Source of the DNA: Escherichia phage HK544
DNA length: 40,155 bases
Reading direction: 5' to 3' (one strand)
Sequence record: NC_019767.1
Positions 1 to 8,384 of this stretch are shown here, piece by piece (the first letter of the stretch is position 1; every line of letters starts with the position of its first letter). The notes beneath the pieces are model-generated. The model did not search any database. It was given only the letters and a program-made list of their open reading frames with translations, and had not been told where the DNA came from. The position numbers were made by a program, and so were the translations under genes.

Positions 1-486
1 ATGGCAGATAAACGAATCCGTTCCGACAGTTCGGCGGCAGCGGTTCAGGCCATGAAAAATGCAGCTGTGGACACCATCGATCCGCCGTCCCATGCAGGTT
101 TGGAGAAAAAAGCCGAACCATTCTGGCATGACAATATCAGATCGAAAGCTCTGGACAGCTGGACGCCTGCCGACCTTCTAGCCGCCGTAGAACTTGCTAA
201 TAATCAGCTCTATATCACCGTTTTACGCAAGGATTTACGCAAAGAAGAGCGCATACGCGGGGAGGAGCGAGACGAAGGCCTTATAAAAGACCTCCGCAAG
301 CAAATTGTTGAGCTACAACGAACTATCCTGGCTCAGCGCCGCGACCTCCAGATCCACTCCCACGCAACCAACGGCGAAAGTCGCGACCAGAAGAAACGTA
401 ATCAGAACGATCGTGATGCACGGAATACCAAAAACGAGCATCATGACCAGGACGATAACCTGATCGCCTTTCCCAAGCACGGATAA
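1..486 (+). CDS. terminase small subunit (P27-family-like); complete only if the contig is circularly permuted
   Basis: 161-aa ORF immediately upstream of the large terminase; charged coiled-coil C-terminus typical of small terminases. ATG is at nt 1, and the window end reads AAGGTG-TTGACAT, which would be an SD if joined to nt 1. Confidence 0.55.
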   Translation: MADKRIRSDSSAAAVQAMKNAAVDTIDPPSHAGLEKKAEPFWHDNIRSKALDSWTPADLLAAVELANNQLYITVLRKDLRKEERIRGEERDEGLIKDLRKQIVELQRTILAQRRDLQIHSHATNGESRDQKKRNQNDRDARNTKNEHHDQDDNLIAFPKHG

Positions 487-492
487 AAGACT

Positions 493-2007
493 ATGACGCG
501 AGGTGAGCGTGTAATAGCGTTCATTGAGCGCTTTTGCATCGTGCCAGAAGGCAAGCTTATCGGCCAACCTATGCGGTTGGACCCCTTTCAGAAAGATTTC
601 ATCCTGGCGGTTTACGACAATCCAGCCGGAACGGATATGGCGATCCTCTCCATCGCCCGAAAAAATGGTAAGACTGGCCTGATTGCCGGAATTCTGCTGG
701 CTCACCTGGTGGGGCCTGAAGCGGTGCAGAACACGCAGATTGTCAGCGGTGCACTCAGCCGGGAACAGGCGGCCATCGTTTTTAACCTCGCGGTGAAGAT
801 GGTTAACCTGAACCCCAAGCTGCAGGAGATTGTGCACATTACGCCCAGCGGCAAAAAGCTGATCGGCCTGCCGTGTAACGTCGAATACAAGGCTTTATCC
901 GCAGAAGGTAAGACGACGCACGGCCTTTCCCCCATTCTGGCCATTCTCGATGAAACAGGGCAGGTTAGGGGCCCGCAGGATGATTTTATCGATGCAATAA
1001 CTACGGCGCAGGGGGCTCATGAAAACCCGCTGCTAATCGTTATCAGTACGCAGGCAGCAAACGATGCTGACCTGCTTAGCATCTGGGTTGATGATGCGGT
1101 CAAATCGAAAGATCCGCACATCGTGTGCCACGTTTATGAAGCGCCAAAAGACGCTGATATCAGTAAACGCGAGTCCTGGCTGGCTGCGAACCCGGCACTG
1201 GGAACATTCAGGTCAGAAAAAGACATGGCGCGCCAGGCTGAGAAAGCTGGCCGAATGCCAAGCTTCGAAAACACCTTCCGAAACCTCAACCTCAATCAGC
1301 GCGTGTCTACCGTATCGCCGTTTATCTCCCGCAGCGTGTGGGAGCTTTGCGGAGAGATGCCGATTAACACCCCGAGGAAGTGGTACGCGGGGCTGGATCT
1401 GTCAGCCAGGAACGACTTAACGGCGCTGGTTATCGCTGGTGAAGCAGATGATGGTGTCTGGGATGTTTTCCCCTTCTTCTGGACACCGCAAAAGACTCTT
1501 GAAGAGCGAACCAAAACGGACCGAGCACCCTATGACGTTTGGGTGAGGGAGGGGCTGCTGCGCACCACGCCAGGAGCTTCGGTGGATTACTCATTCGTCG
1601 TTGCGGATATCGCTGAAATTATCGGTGATTTCGACCTTACCTCGATGGCTTTTGACCGCTGGCGCATTGACCAGTTCAGGAAGGATGCCGATGCCATTGG
1701 GCTGAGCCTCCCGCTGGTCGAGTTCGGCCAGGGCTTTAAGGATATGGGGCCAGCTGTAGACACGCTGGAGTCTCTGATGCTTAACGGGCGCGTGAGGCAT
1801 GGCATGCACCCTGTATTAACGATGTGTGCTGTGAATGCGGTGGTGGTGAAAGATGCTGCTGGCAACCGCAAGCTCGATAAATCCAAAGCAACGGGCCGTA
1901 TTGATGGCATGGTCGCAATGACAATGTCCGTTGGTGCTGCTAATGGGGAAGTTACCGAACAGGGTGGTGACTTCGACGACTTCATTTTCCGACCGCTGAG
2001 CATGTGA
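493..2007 (+). CDS. terminase large subunit
   Basis: 504-aa ORF with N-terminal ATPase P-loop-like ARKNGKTG and the conserved position TerS-TerL-portal; ends in an ATGTGATG overlap with the portal start. Confidence 0.75.
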   Translation: MTRGERVIAFIERFCIVPEGKLIGQPMRLDPFQKDFILAVYDNPAGTDMAILSIARKNGKTGLIAGILLAHLVGPEAVQNTQIVSGALSREQAAIVFNLAVKMVNLNPKLQEIVHITPSGKKLIGLPCNVEYKALSAEGKTTHGLSPILAILDETGQVRGPQDDFIDAITTAQGAHENPLLIVISTQAANDADLLSIWVDDAVKSKDPHIVCHVYEAPKDADISKRESWLAANPALGTFRSEKDMARQAEKAGRMPSFENTFRNLNLNQRVSTVSPFISRSVWELCGEMPINTPRKWYAGLDLSARNDLTALVIAGEADDGVWDVFPFFWTPQKTLEERTKTDRAPYDVWVREGLLRTTPGASVDYSFVVADIAEIIGDFDLTSMAFDRWRIDQFRKDADAIGLSLPLVEFGQGFKDMGPAVDTLESLMLNGRVRHGMHPVLTMCAVNAVVVKDAAGNRKLDKSKATGRIDGMVAMTMSVGAANGEVTEQGGDFDDFIFRPLSM

Positions 2008-3281
2008 TGGAAGAACCTAAATACACGATTGACCTGCGAACCAATAACGGCTGGTGGGCAAGGCTGCAGTCCTGGTTTGTCGGCGGGCGTTTAGTCACCC
2101 CAAATCAGGGCTCACAGACGGGGCCTGTTTCGGCCCACGGACACCTGGGCGATTCATCCATTAACGATGAACGGATACTGCAAATTTCGACTGTGTGGCG
2201 CTGCGTGAGCCTGATTTCAACGCTCACGGCATGCTTACCGCTTGATGTCTTCGAAACAGACCAGAATGACAACCGTAAAAAAGTGGATTTGAGCAATCCA
2301 CTGGCGCGACTGCTGCGCTACTCACCGAATCAGTACATGACCGCCCAAGAATTCAGGGAGGCCATGACGATGCAGCTCTGTTTCTACGGTAACGCATATG
2401 CACTTGTGGACCGCAACAGCGCAGGTGACGTGATCAGCCTACTCCCGCTTCAGTCTGCCAATATGGATGTGAAACTCGTCGGAAAAAAAGTGGTTTATCG
2501 CTATCAACGCGACAGCGAATACGCCGACTTTTCGCAGAAAGAGATTTTTCACCTTAAAGGCTTCGGATTCACCGGGCTTGTAGGCCTGTCACCCATTGCT
2601 TTTGCCTGTAAATCGGCAGGTGTGGCAGTTGCTATGGAGGACCAGCAGCGAGATTTCTTTGCCAACGGCGCCAAGTCTCCGCAAATCCTCTCAACTGGCG
2701 AAAAAGTGCTAACTGAACAGCAGCGCTCCCAGGTCGAAGAGAACTTCAAAGAGATCGCCGGCGGCCCGGTAAAAAAACGCCTCTGGATTCTGGAAGCGGG
2801 TTTTTCTACATCGGCAATTGGCGTAACTCCGCAGGATGCCGAAATGATGGCGTCCCGAAAATTTCAGGTAAGTGAACTGGCGCGATTCTTTGGCGTACCG
2901 CCTCACCTTGTCGGCGACGTCGAGAAATCAACGAGCTGGGGATCGGGCATCGAGCAGCAGAATCTCGGCTTCCTGCAGTACACCCTGCAGCCCTATATCT
3001 CCAGGTGGGAAAACAGCATTCAGCGGTGGCTTATTCCTGCTAAGGATGTTGGCCGCATTCATGCTGAGCACAACCTCGACGGCCTGCTGAGGGGCGATTC
3101 GGCATCCCGCGCTGCCTTTATGAAGGCAATGGGAGAGGCAGGGCTACGCACCATCAACGAGATGCGACGAACGGACAACCTCCCGCCATTGCCGGGTGGC
3201 GATGTGGCAATGCGCCAGTCGCAATACGTGCCGATCACCGATTTAGGAACCAACAAAGAGCCCCGTAATAACGGGGCTTAA
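2007..3281 (+). CDS. portal protein (HK97-family-like)
   Basis: About 424 aa, directly after TerL and before protease and capsid; start overlaps the TerL stop (GTG at 2004 or ATG at 2007). Confidence 0.7.
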   Translation: MEEPKYTIDLRTNNGWWARLQSWFVGGRLVTPNQGSQTGPVSAHGHLGDSSINDERILQISTVWRCVSLISTLTACLPLDVFETDQNDNRKKVDLSNPLARLLRYSPNQYMTAQEFREAMTMQLCFYGNAYALVDRNSAGDVISLLPLQSANMDVKLVGKKVVYRYQRDSEYADFSQKEIFHLKGFGFTGLVGLSPIAFACKSAGVAVAMEDQQRDFFANGAKSPQILSTGEKVLTEQQRSQVEENFKEIAGGPVKKRLWILEAGFSTSAIGVTPQDAEMMASRKFQVSELARFFGVPPHLVGDVEKSTSWGSGIEQQNLGFLQYTLQPYISRWENSIQRWLIPAKDVGRIHAEHNLDGLLRGDSASRAAFMKAMGEAGLRTINEMRRTDNLPPLPGGDVAMRQSQYVPITDLGTNKEPRNNGA

Positions 3282-3286
3282 TTTTT

Positions 3287-3976
3287 ATGGGGGCCGTAAT
3301 GCCTGAAATCGTAAAAACGCTGTCCTTCGACGAGACAGAAATCAAATTCACCGGTGACGGTAAACAGGGGATTTTTGAAGGCTACGCCTCTGTTTTTAAT
3401 AACACCGATTCCGATGGCGACATCATTCTGCCCGGGGCGTTTAAAAACGCGCTGGCGAACCAGACCCGAAAAGTGGCGATGTTTTTTAACCACAGGACGT
3501 GGGAACTGCCGGTTGGCAAATGGGACAGCCTGGCTGAAGACGAAAAAGGCCTGTATGTGCGCGGTCAACTTACCCCAGGACACAGCGGCGCCGCTGACCT
3601 GAAAGCGGCAATGCAGCACGGTACGGTTGAAGGTATGTCGGTTGGCTTTTCCGTTTCGAAAGACGATTACACCATCATTCCAACAGGCCGCATTTTTAAG
3701 AATATCCAGGCTCTGCGCGAAATCAGCGTCTGCACTTTCCCCGCCAACGAACAGGCTGGCATCGCAGCCATGAAAAGTGTCGATGGCATTGAAACGATTC
3801 GTGATGTGGAGAACTGGCTGAGGGATTCAGTCGGCCTCACCAAATCACAGGCAGTTGGGCTAATTGCCCGGTTTAAGTCAGCGATTCGGAGCGAGTCCGA
3901 GGGCGACGGAAACGAAGCACAAATAAACGCTCTGCTTCAGAGCATCAAATCTTTCCCTTCTAACTTAGGTAAATAA
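3287..3976 (+). CDS. prohead maturation protease (HK97 gp4-like)
   Basis: 229-aa ORF between portal and major capsid; this position and size are typical of the HK97-type head protease. Confidence 0.65.
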   Translation: MGAVMPEIVKTLSFDETEIKFTGDGKQGIFEGYASVFNNTDSDGDIILPGAFKNALANQTRKVAMFFNHRTWELPVGKWDSLAEDEKGLYVRGQLTPGHSGAADLKAAMQHGTVEGMSVGFSVSKDDYTIIPTGRIFKNIQALREISVCTFPANEQAGIAAMKSVDGIETIRDVENWLRDSVGLTKSQAVGLIARFKSAIRSESEGDGNEAQINALLQSIKSFPSNLGK

Positions 3977-3978
3977 TT

Positions 3979-5136
3979 ATGTCTGAACTCGCTCTCATTC
4001 AAAAAGCTATCGAAGAATCCCAGCAGAAAATGACCCAGCTTTTCGATGCGCAGAAAGCAGAAATCGAAAGCACAGGCCAGGTTTCCAAACAGTTGCAGTC
4101 CGACCTGATGAAAGTACAGGAAGAGCTGACCAAATCCGGCACTCGCCTCTTCGATCTGGAACAGAAACTGGCATCCGGCGCTGAGAATCCTGGTGAGAAG
4201 AAATCCTTCTCTGAACGGGCTGCTGAAGAGCTTATTAAGTCATGGGACGGTAAACAGGGCACCTTTGGCGCTAAAACGTTTAACAAGTCACTAGGCAGTG
4301 ACGCTGATTCGGCTGGCTCACTGATCCAGCCTATGCAGATCCCAGGCATCATCATGCCAGGCCTGCGCCGTCTTACCATTCGTGATCTGCTGGCTCAGGG
4401 CCGCACTTCCAGTAACGCTCTGGAATATGTGCGTGAAGAGGTGTTTACCAATAACGCCGACGTGGTGGCAGAGAAAGCACTGAAGCCAGAATCGGATATC
4501 ACCTTCAGCAAACAAACCGCGAACGTGAAGACCATCGCGCACTGGGTGCAGGCATCACGTCAGGTGATGGATGATGCGCCAATGCTTCAGTCCTACATTA
4601 ACAACCGCCTCATGTACGGCCTGGCACTGAAGGAAGAGGGCCAGCTGCTGAACGGCGACGGTACCGGGGATAACCTGGAAGGGCTGAACAAAGTGGCAAC
4701 CGCCTATGACACCTCGCTGAATGCCACCGGCGACACCCGCGCTGACATTATCGCTCACGCTATTTATCAGGTGACCGAGTCTGAGTTCAGCGCTTCCGGT
4801 ATCGTCCTGAACCCGCGCGACTGGCACAACATCGCGTTGCTGAAAGACAATGAAGGCCGCTATATCTTCGGTGGTCCTCAGGCATTCACCAGTAACATCA
4901 TGTGGGGCTTGCCAGTGGTTCCGACTAAGGCGCAGGCCGCCGGCACCTTTACCGTAGGCGGTTTCGATATGGCCTCACAGGTCTGGGATCGCATGGATGC
5001 CACCGTGGAAGTTAGCCGTGAAGACCGCGATAACTTCGTGAAAAACATGCTGACCATCCTGTGCGAAGAGCGTCTGGCGCTGGCGCATTATCGCCCGACA
5101 GCAATCATCAAGGGCACCTTCTCTTCTGGCTCATGA
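3979..5136 (+). CDS. major capsid protein (HK97 fold) with N-terminal coiled-coil delta/scaffold domain
   Basis: 385 aa; N-terminal roughly 100 aa is strongly coiled-coil (QKAIEESQQKMTQLFDAQKAEIES...), followed by a capsid-like body; followed by a strong intrinsic terminator. Confidence 0.8.
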   Translation: MSELALIQKAIEESQQKMTQLFDAQKAEIESTGQVSKQLQSDLMKVQEELTKSGTRLFDLEQKLASGAENPGEKKSFSERAAEELIKSWDGKQGTFGAKTFNKSLGSDADSAGSLIQPMQIPGIIMPGLRRLTIRDLLAQGRTSSNALEYVREEVFTNNADVVAEKALKPESDITFSKQTANVKTIAHWVQASRQVMDDAPMLQSYINNRLMYGLALKEEGQLLNGDGTGDNLEGLNKVATAYDTSLNATGDTRADIIAHAIYQVTESEFSASGIVLNPRDWHNIALLKDNEGRYIFGGPQAFTSNIMWGLPVVPTKAQAAGTFTVGGFDMASQVWDRMDATVEVSREDRDNFVKNMLTILCEERLALAHYRPTAIIKGTFSSGS

Positions 5137-5141
5137 TGGAG

Positions 5142-5165
5142 GGGGCGGGGAAACCCGCCCTTTTA
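5142..5165 (+). terminator. rho-independent terminator after the major capsid gene
   Basis: GGGCGGG-GAAA-CCCGCCC hairpin followed by TTTTAA. Confidence 0.55.
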
Positions 5166-5169
5166 ACGT

Positions 5170-5496
5170 ATGGCGATAGATGTTCTGGATGTAATTTCCC
5201 TCAGTCTGTTTAAGCAGCAGATTGAGTTTGAGGAAGACGACAGGGACGAGCTGATCACGCTGTACGCCCAGGCCGCTTTTGACTACTGCATGCGCTGGTG
5301 CGATGAACCAGCATGGAAGGTTGCGGCTGATATTCCTGCCGCCGTTAAGGGCGCCGTTCTGCTTGTCTTTGCTGACATGTTTGAACACCGGACGGCACAA
5401 AGCGAAGTGCAGCTTTATGAGAATGCAGCCGCCGAACGCATGATGTTCATTCATCGCAACTGGCGCGGTAAAGCCGAATCAGAGGAGGGCTCCTGA
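5170..5496 (+). CDS. head-tail connector protein (gp6-like)
   Basis: 108-aa ORF immediately after capsid; conserved order of head completion genes. Confidence 0.5.
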   Translation: MAIDVLDVISLSLFKQQIEFEEDDRDELITLYAQAAFDYCMRWCDEPAWKVAADIPAAVKGAVLLVFADMFEHRTAQSEVQLYENAAAERMMFIHRNWRGKAESEEGS

Positions 5497-5834
5497 TGGA
5501 ACCAGGACGATTCAGGCACCGGGTAAAAATTCTCACCTTCACGACTTCGCGCGATCCATCTGGTCAGCCGGTTGAATCGTGGACAGGTGGCAACCCGGTC
5601 CCGGCTGAGGTAAAGGGGATCAGCGGCAGAGAGCAGCTTTCAGGCGGCGCGGAAACGGCGCAGGCAACGATTCGCGTCTGGATGCGCTTCAGGTCAGAGC
5701 TGAATGCCTCTTCTCGTCTGGAAGTGCTCAGCGGCCCGTATAAAGGTCAGGTGCTAAATATCATCGGTCCTCCTGTAGCAAATGCGACTGGCACTCGCCT
5801 GGAAATTCTTTGCAAAACGGGAGCTGAAAAATGA
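5496..5834 (+). CDS. head closure / head-tail joining protein
   Basis: 112-aa ORF, start overlaps the previous stop (TGATGG); position in the head-tail joining cluster. Confidence 0.5.
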   Translation: MEPGRFRHRVKILTFTTSRDPSGQPVESWTGGNPVPAEVKGISGREQLSGGAETAQATIRVWMRFRSELNASSRLEVLSGPYKGQVLNIIGPPVANATGTRLEILCKTGAEK

Positions 5835-6280
5835 TTGAGACGAGCCTCGATTTTTCCGGGTTAAATGACATCGCAAAGGATCTGGAGGCGCTTAGCCGCG
5901 CTGAAAACAATAAGGTTCTTCGTGATGCCACCCGCGCCGGCGCGGAAGTGCTTAAGGAAGAAGTGATCGCCCGCGCTCCGGTGCGTACCGGGAAACTGAA
6001 AAAAAACGTGGTGGTGGTGACCCAAAAAAGCCGTCGCCGCGGGGAAATTTCTTCCGGCGTCCATATTCGTGGCGTTAACCCGCGCACCGGAAACAGCGAT
6101 AACACGATGAAGGCTAATAACCCGAGAAACGCCTTTTACTGGCGATTCGTTGAGCTGGGTACCGCGAACATGCCTGCACATCCGTTTGTGCGACCCGCTT
6201 ACGATACTCGCGAGGAAGAGGCCGCCAGCGTCGCCATTGCCAGGATGAATCAGGCTATTGATGAGGTATTGAGCAAGTGA
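5831..6280 (+). CDS. HK97 gp10-like tail component
   Basis: 149-aa ORF with ATGA overlap to the upstream gene; position and size. Confidence 0.5.
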   Translation: MIETSLDFSGLNDIAKDLEALSRAENNKVLRDATRAGAEVLKEEVIARAPVRTGKLKKNVVVVTQKSRRRGEISSGVHIRGVNPRTGNSDNTMKANNPRNAFYWRFVELGTANMPAHPFVRPAYDTREEEAASVAIARMNQAIDEVLSK

Positions 6281-6624
6281 ATGAAGATAATATCTACGCC
6301 TTGCTTTCTCCCCTGGCAGAAGGACGGGTATATCCCTATGTTGCGCCATTAGGTAGTGACGGTAAACCGTCTGTCTCTCCACCCTGGATTATCTTTTCCA
6401 TCGTCGATGATGTTTCCGCTGACGTGCTGTGTGGTCAGGCAGAGAGCAGGGTTTCCGTTCAGGTCGATGTGTATTCCACTTCGATCGCTGAATCACGATC
6501 CCTGAGAGATTTGGTGCTCGCTTCGCTTGAGCCGTTAACCCCTACAGAGGTGGTAAAAATCCCCGGGTACGAGCCAGATTATCGGCTCTACCGTGCCACC
6601 CTGGATTTTAAAGTTACCCCCTGA
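6277..6624 (+). CDS. tail completion / tail terminator-like protein
   Basis: 115-aa ORF with GTGAATG overlap, immediately upstream of the major tail protein. Confidence 0.4.
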   Translation: MNEDNIYALLSPLAEGRVYPYVAPLGSDGKPSVSPPWIIFSIVDDVSADVLCGQAESRVSVQVDVYSTSIAESRSLRDLVLASLEPLTPTEVVKIPGYEPDYRLYRATLDFKVTP

Positions 6625-6644
6625 CAATTAATTCACCCAACGAA

Positions 6645-6670
6645 CCCGCCAGATGGCGGGTTTTCTTTTT
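6645..6670 (+). terminator. rho-independent terminator / attenuator before the major tail gene
   Basis: CCCGCC-AGAT-GGCGGG hairpin followed by TTTTCTTTTT. Confidence 0.5.
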
Positions 6671-6683
6671 CCAGGAGACAGCT

Positions 6684-7388
6684 ATGTCTGCACTTTATGA
6701 AAAATCGCAGCTGACGAAGATCCTTATTTCCTCCCTGCCGTCCACCAAAGAAACGATGGATTCCGCCACCTTTCTCGATCTGAGTTGCACCATCAAAGAA
6801 ATTCAGTTCACTGGTGGCCAGAAGCAGGATATCGACGTAACAACACTTTGCTCTACCGAGCAGGAGAACATCAACGGCCTGCCTTCTCCGTCAGAAATCT
6901 CTCTGTCCGGCAACTTCTACAATAATCCAGCGCAGGACGCCTTGCGTGATGCGTATGACAACGACACCACTTACGGCTTCCAGATCATCTTCCCGTCAGG
7001 TAATGGTTTTAAGTTCCTGGCCGAAGTTCGCCAGCATACCTGGTCATCTGGTACCAATGGTGTTGTGGCAGCTACATTCTCACTGCGCCTTAAAGGCAAG
7101 CCTGTCCCGATTGACTCTGTACTTAAACTGACCACTGATCTTCCTTCCTCACTGTCTGTAGCGGTGGGGGCTGCGATCAGCATGGCTGTAGTAGCTGCCG
7201 GTGGTAAGCCTCCGTATGCCTACACCTGGAAGAAGGCAGGTAGCACCGTCAGCGGGCAGACATCCGATACCTTTAATAAAGCCACCGCAGTTTCAGGTGA
7301 TGCAGGTGATTACACCTGTGTGGTTACGGATTCTTCTTCTCCGGTCAAAACGGTTACCTCAGCTGCCTGCACCCTTACTATCAGTTAA
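6684..7388 (+). CDS. major tail protein with C-terminal Ig-like domain
   Basis: 234 aa, SD GGAGA upstream; C-terminal segment PPYAYTWKKAGS...GDAGDYTCVVTD resembles Ig-like decoration domains fused to lambda-V-type tail tube proteins. Confidence 0.7.
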   Translation: MSALYEKSQLTKILISSLPSTKETMDSATFLDLSCTIKEIQFTGGQKQDIDVTTLCSTEQENINGLPSPSEISLSGNFYNNPAQDALRDAYDNDTTYGFQIIFPSGNGFKFLAEVRQHTWSSGTNGVVAATFSLRLKGKPVPIDSVLKLTTDLPSSLSVAVGAAISMAVVAAGGKPPYAYTWKKAGSTVSGQTSDTFNKATAVSGDAGDYTCVVTDSSSPVKTVTSAACTLTIS

Positions 7389-7422
7389 TGGAGATGCCGG
7401 GTTGTCCCGGCATGGATAAGCG

Positions 7423-7809
7423 ATGTCGCAAACTTTAAAACAATTAGCCATGGCGAAAATGGCTGGCTTTCGCCATAAGACGGTCGTTGTCCCTGAGTGG
7501 GAAGGTGTCAAAGTGGTTCTCCGTGAGCCGTCAGGTGAAGCCTGGCTGCGCTGGCAGGAGGTGGTGAAAGGGGGGGGCGACGATGAAAATGTGTCGGTAT
7601 CGGAAAAGGCGCACCGTAATCTTTGCGCTGACGTGGTGCTCTTCATTGACGTTCTGTGTGACACCGATAAGCAACCGGTATTCAGCGTAGACGAAGAAGA
7701 GCAGGTGCGTGAAATTTACGGGCCAGTGCACTCACGTCTGCTCAAACAGGCGCTTGACCTGATCAACAATGCGGACGAAGCGCGGGAAAAGTCTCAACCC
7801 CCGGCGTAA
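7423..7809 (+). CDS. tail assembly chaperone (lambda G-like)
   Basis: 128-aa ORF between major tail protein and tape measure; acidic; followed by an overlapping -1-frame ORF (G/G-T arrangement). Confidence 0.65.
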   Translation: MSQTLKQLAMAKMAGFRHKTVVVPEWEGVKVVLREPSGEAWLRWQEVVKGGGDDENVSVSEKAHRNLCADVVLFIDVLCDTDKQPVFSVDEEEQVREIYGPVHSRLLKQALDLINNADEAREKSQPPA

Positions 7810-8096
7810 AGTTTCTGATGTCGCTTGCGCTCCGGATGGGGCGCACGCTCTCAGAGCTTCGGCAGAATATGACGGCAAGCGAGCTTCTGATGTGGATTGA
7901 GTACGACAGGCAAAGCCCGGTTGGCGATATTCGCGGTGATATCCATGCAGCGCAGATTGTCTCTGCCATCTACGGCTCGCAGGGGGCAAAAGTACCGCTG
8001 GACGATGCGATCCTGCGCTGGGGTGGTGATGAGCAATCAGAACCGAAGGACCCGTTTGCAGGGCTTGAGGCGGCACTTACAGCTGCGACACAATAA
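7758..8096 (+). CDS. tail assembly chaperone frameshift extension (lambda T-like), expected as a G-T fusion via -1 frameshift
   Basis: The -1 frame relative to G is open from 7758 to 8096 with no need for its own start; G ends at 7809; GGGAAAAG at 7784-7791 resembles the lambda G-T slippery site. Confidence 0.5.
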   Translation, partial: PDQQCGRSAGKVSTPGVKFLMSLALRMGRTLSELRQNMTASELLMWIEYDRQSPVGDIRGDIHAAQIVSAIYGSQGAKVPLDDAILRWGGDEQSEPKDPFAGLEAALTAATQ

Positions 8097-8153
8097 TTGC
8101 TTCACATGCCTTCAATGTAGCGATACGCTCTTTCCTTAAGTAAAGGAGGCGTT

Positions 8154-8342
8154 ATGGAACCACTGGTAGTAGTGTTTGGAATATTCGGCTGGCTGATAAA
8201 TCTAATTGTGATTTTTTATTTATTACGGTTTAGCACAAGGGCAAATGAACAAGTTGAAGCCCTTAAAGAGATAAATAAAAAGCAAGATGCGCAAATAGAT
8301 TTATTAATACAAGTCGCTCACCAAAGAAAAGACAGTTTATAA
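8154..8342 (+). CDS. small membrane protein (moron), N-terminal TM helix plus short coiled-coil
   Basis: 62 aa; strong SD AAGGAGG; hydrophobic N-terminus VVVFGIFGWLINLIVIFYLL; visibly AT-rich compared with flanking tail genes; own terminator downstream; paralogue of 13498..13722. Confidence 0.5.
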   Translation: MEPLVVVFGIFGWLINLIVIFYLLRFSTRANEQVEALKEINKKQDAQIDLLIQVAHQRKDSL

Positions 8343-8348
8343 CTCACG

Positions 8349-8372
8349 ACCCGCTATCAAGCGGGTTTTTTT
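8349..8372 (+). terminator. rho-independent terminator after the moron
   Basis: ACCCGC-TATCAA-GCGGGT hairpin followed by TTTTTTT. Confidence 0.55.
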
Positions 8373-8384
8373 ATGGGTGAAAAT

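Noticed and set aside
313-837. 174-aa ORF on the - strand overlapping terS and terL
   Set aside because: Antisense to two well-supported collinear genes, with no SD; typical shadow ORF.
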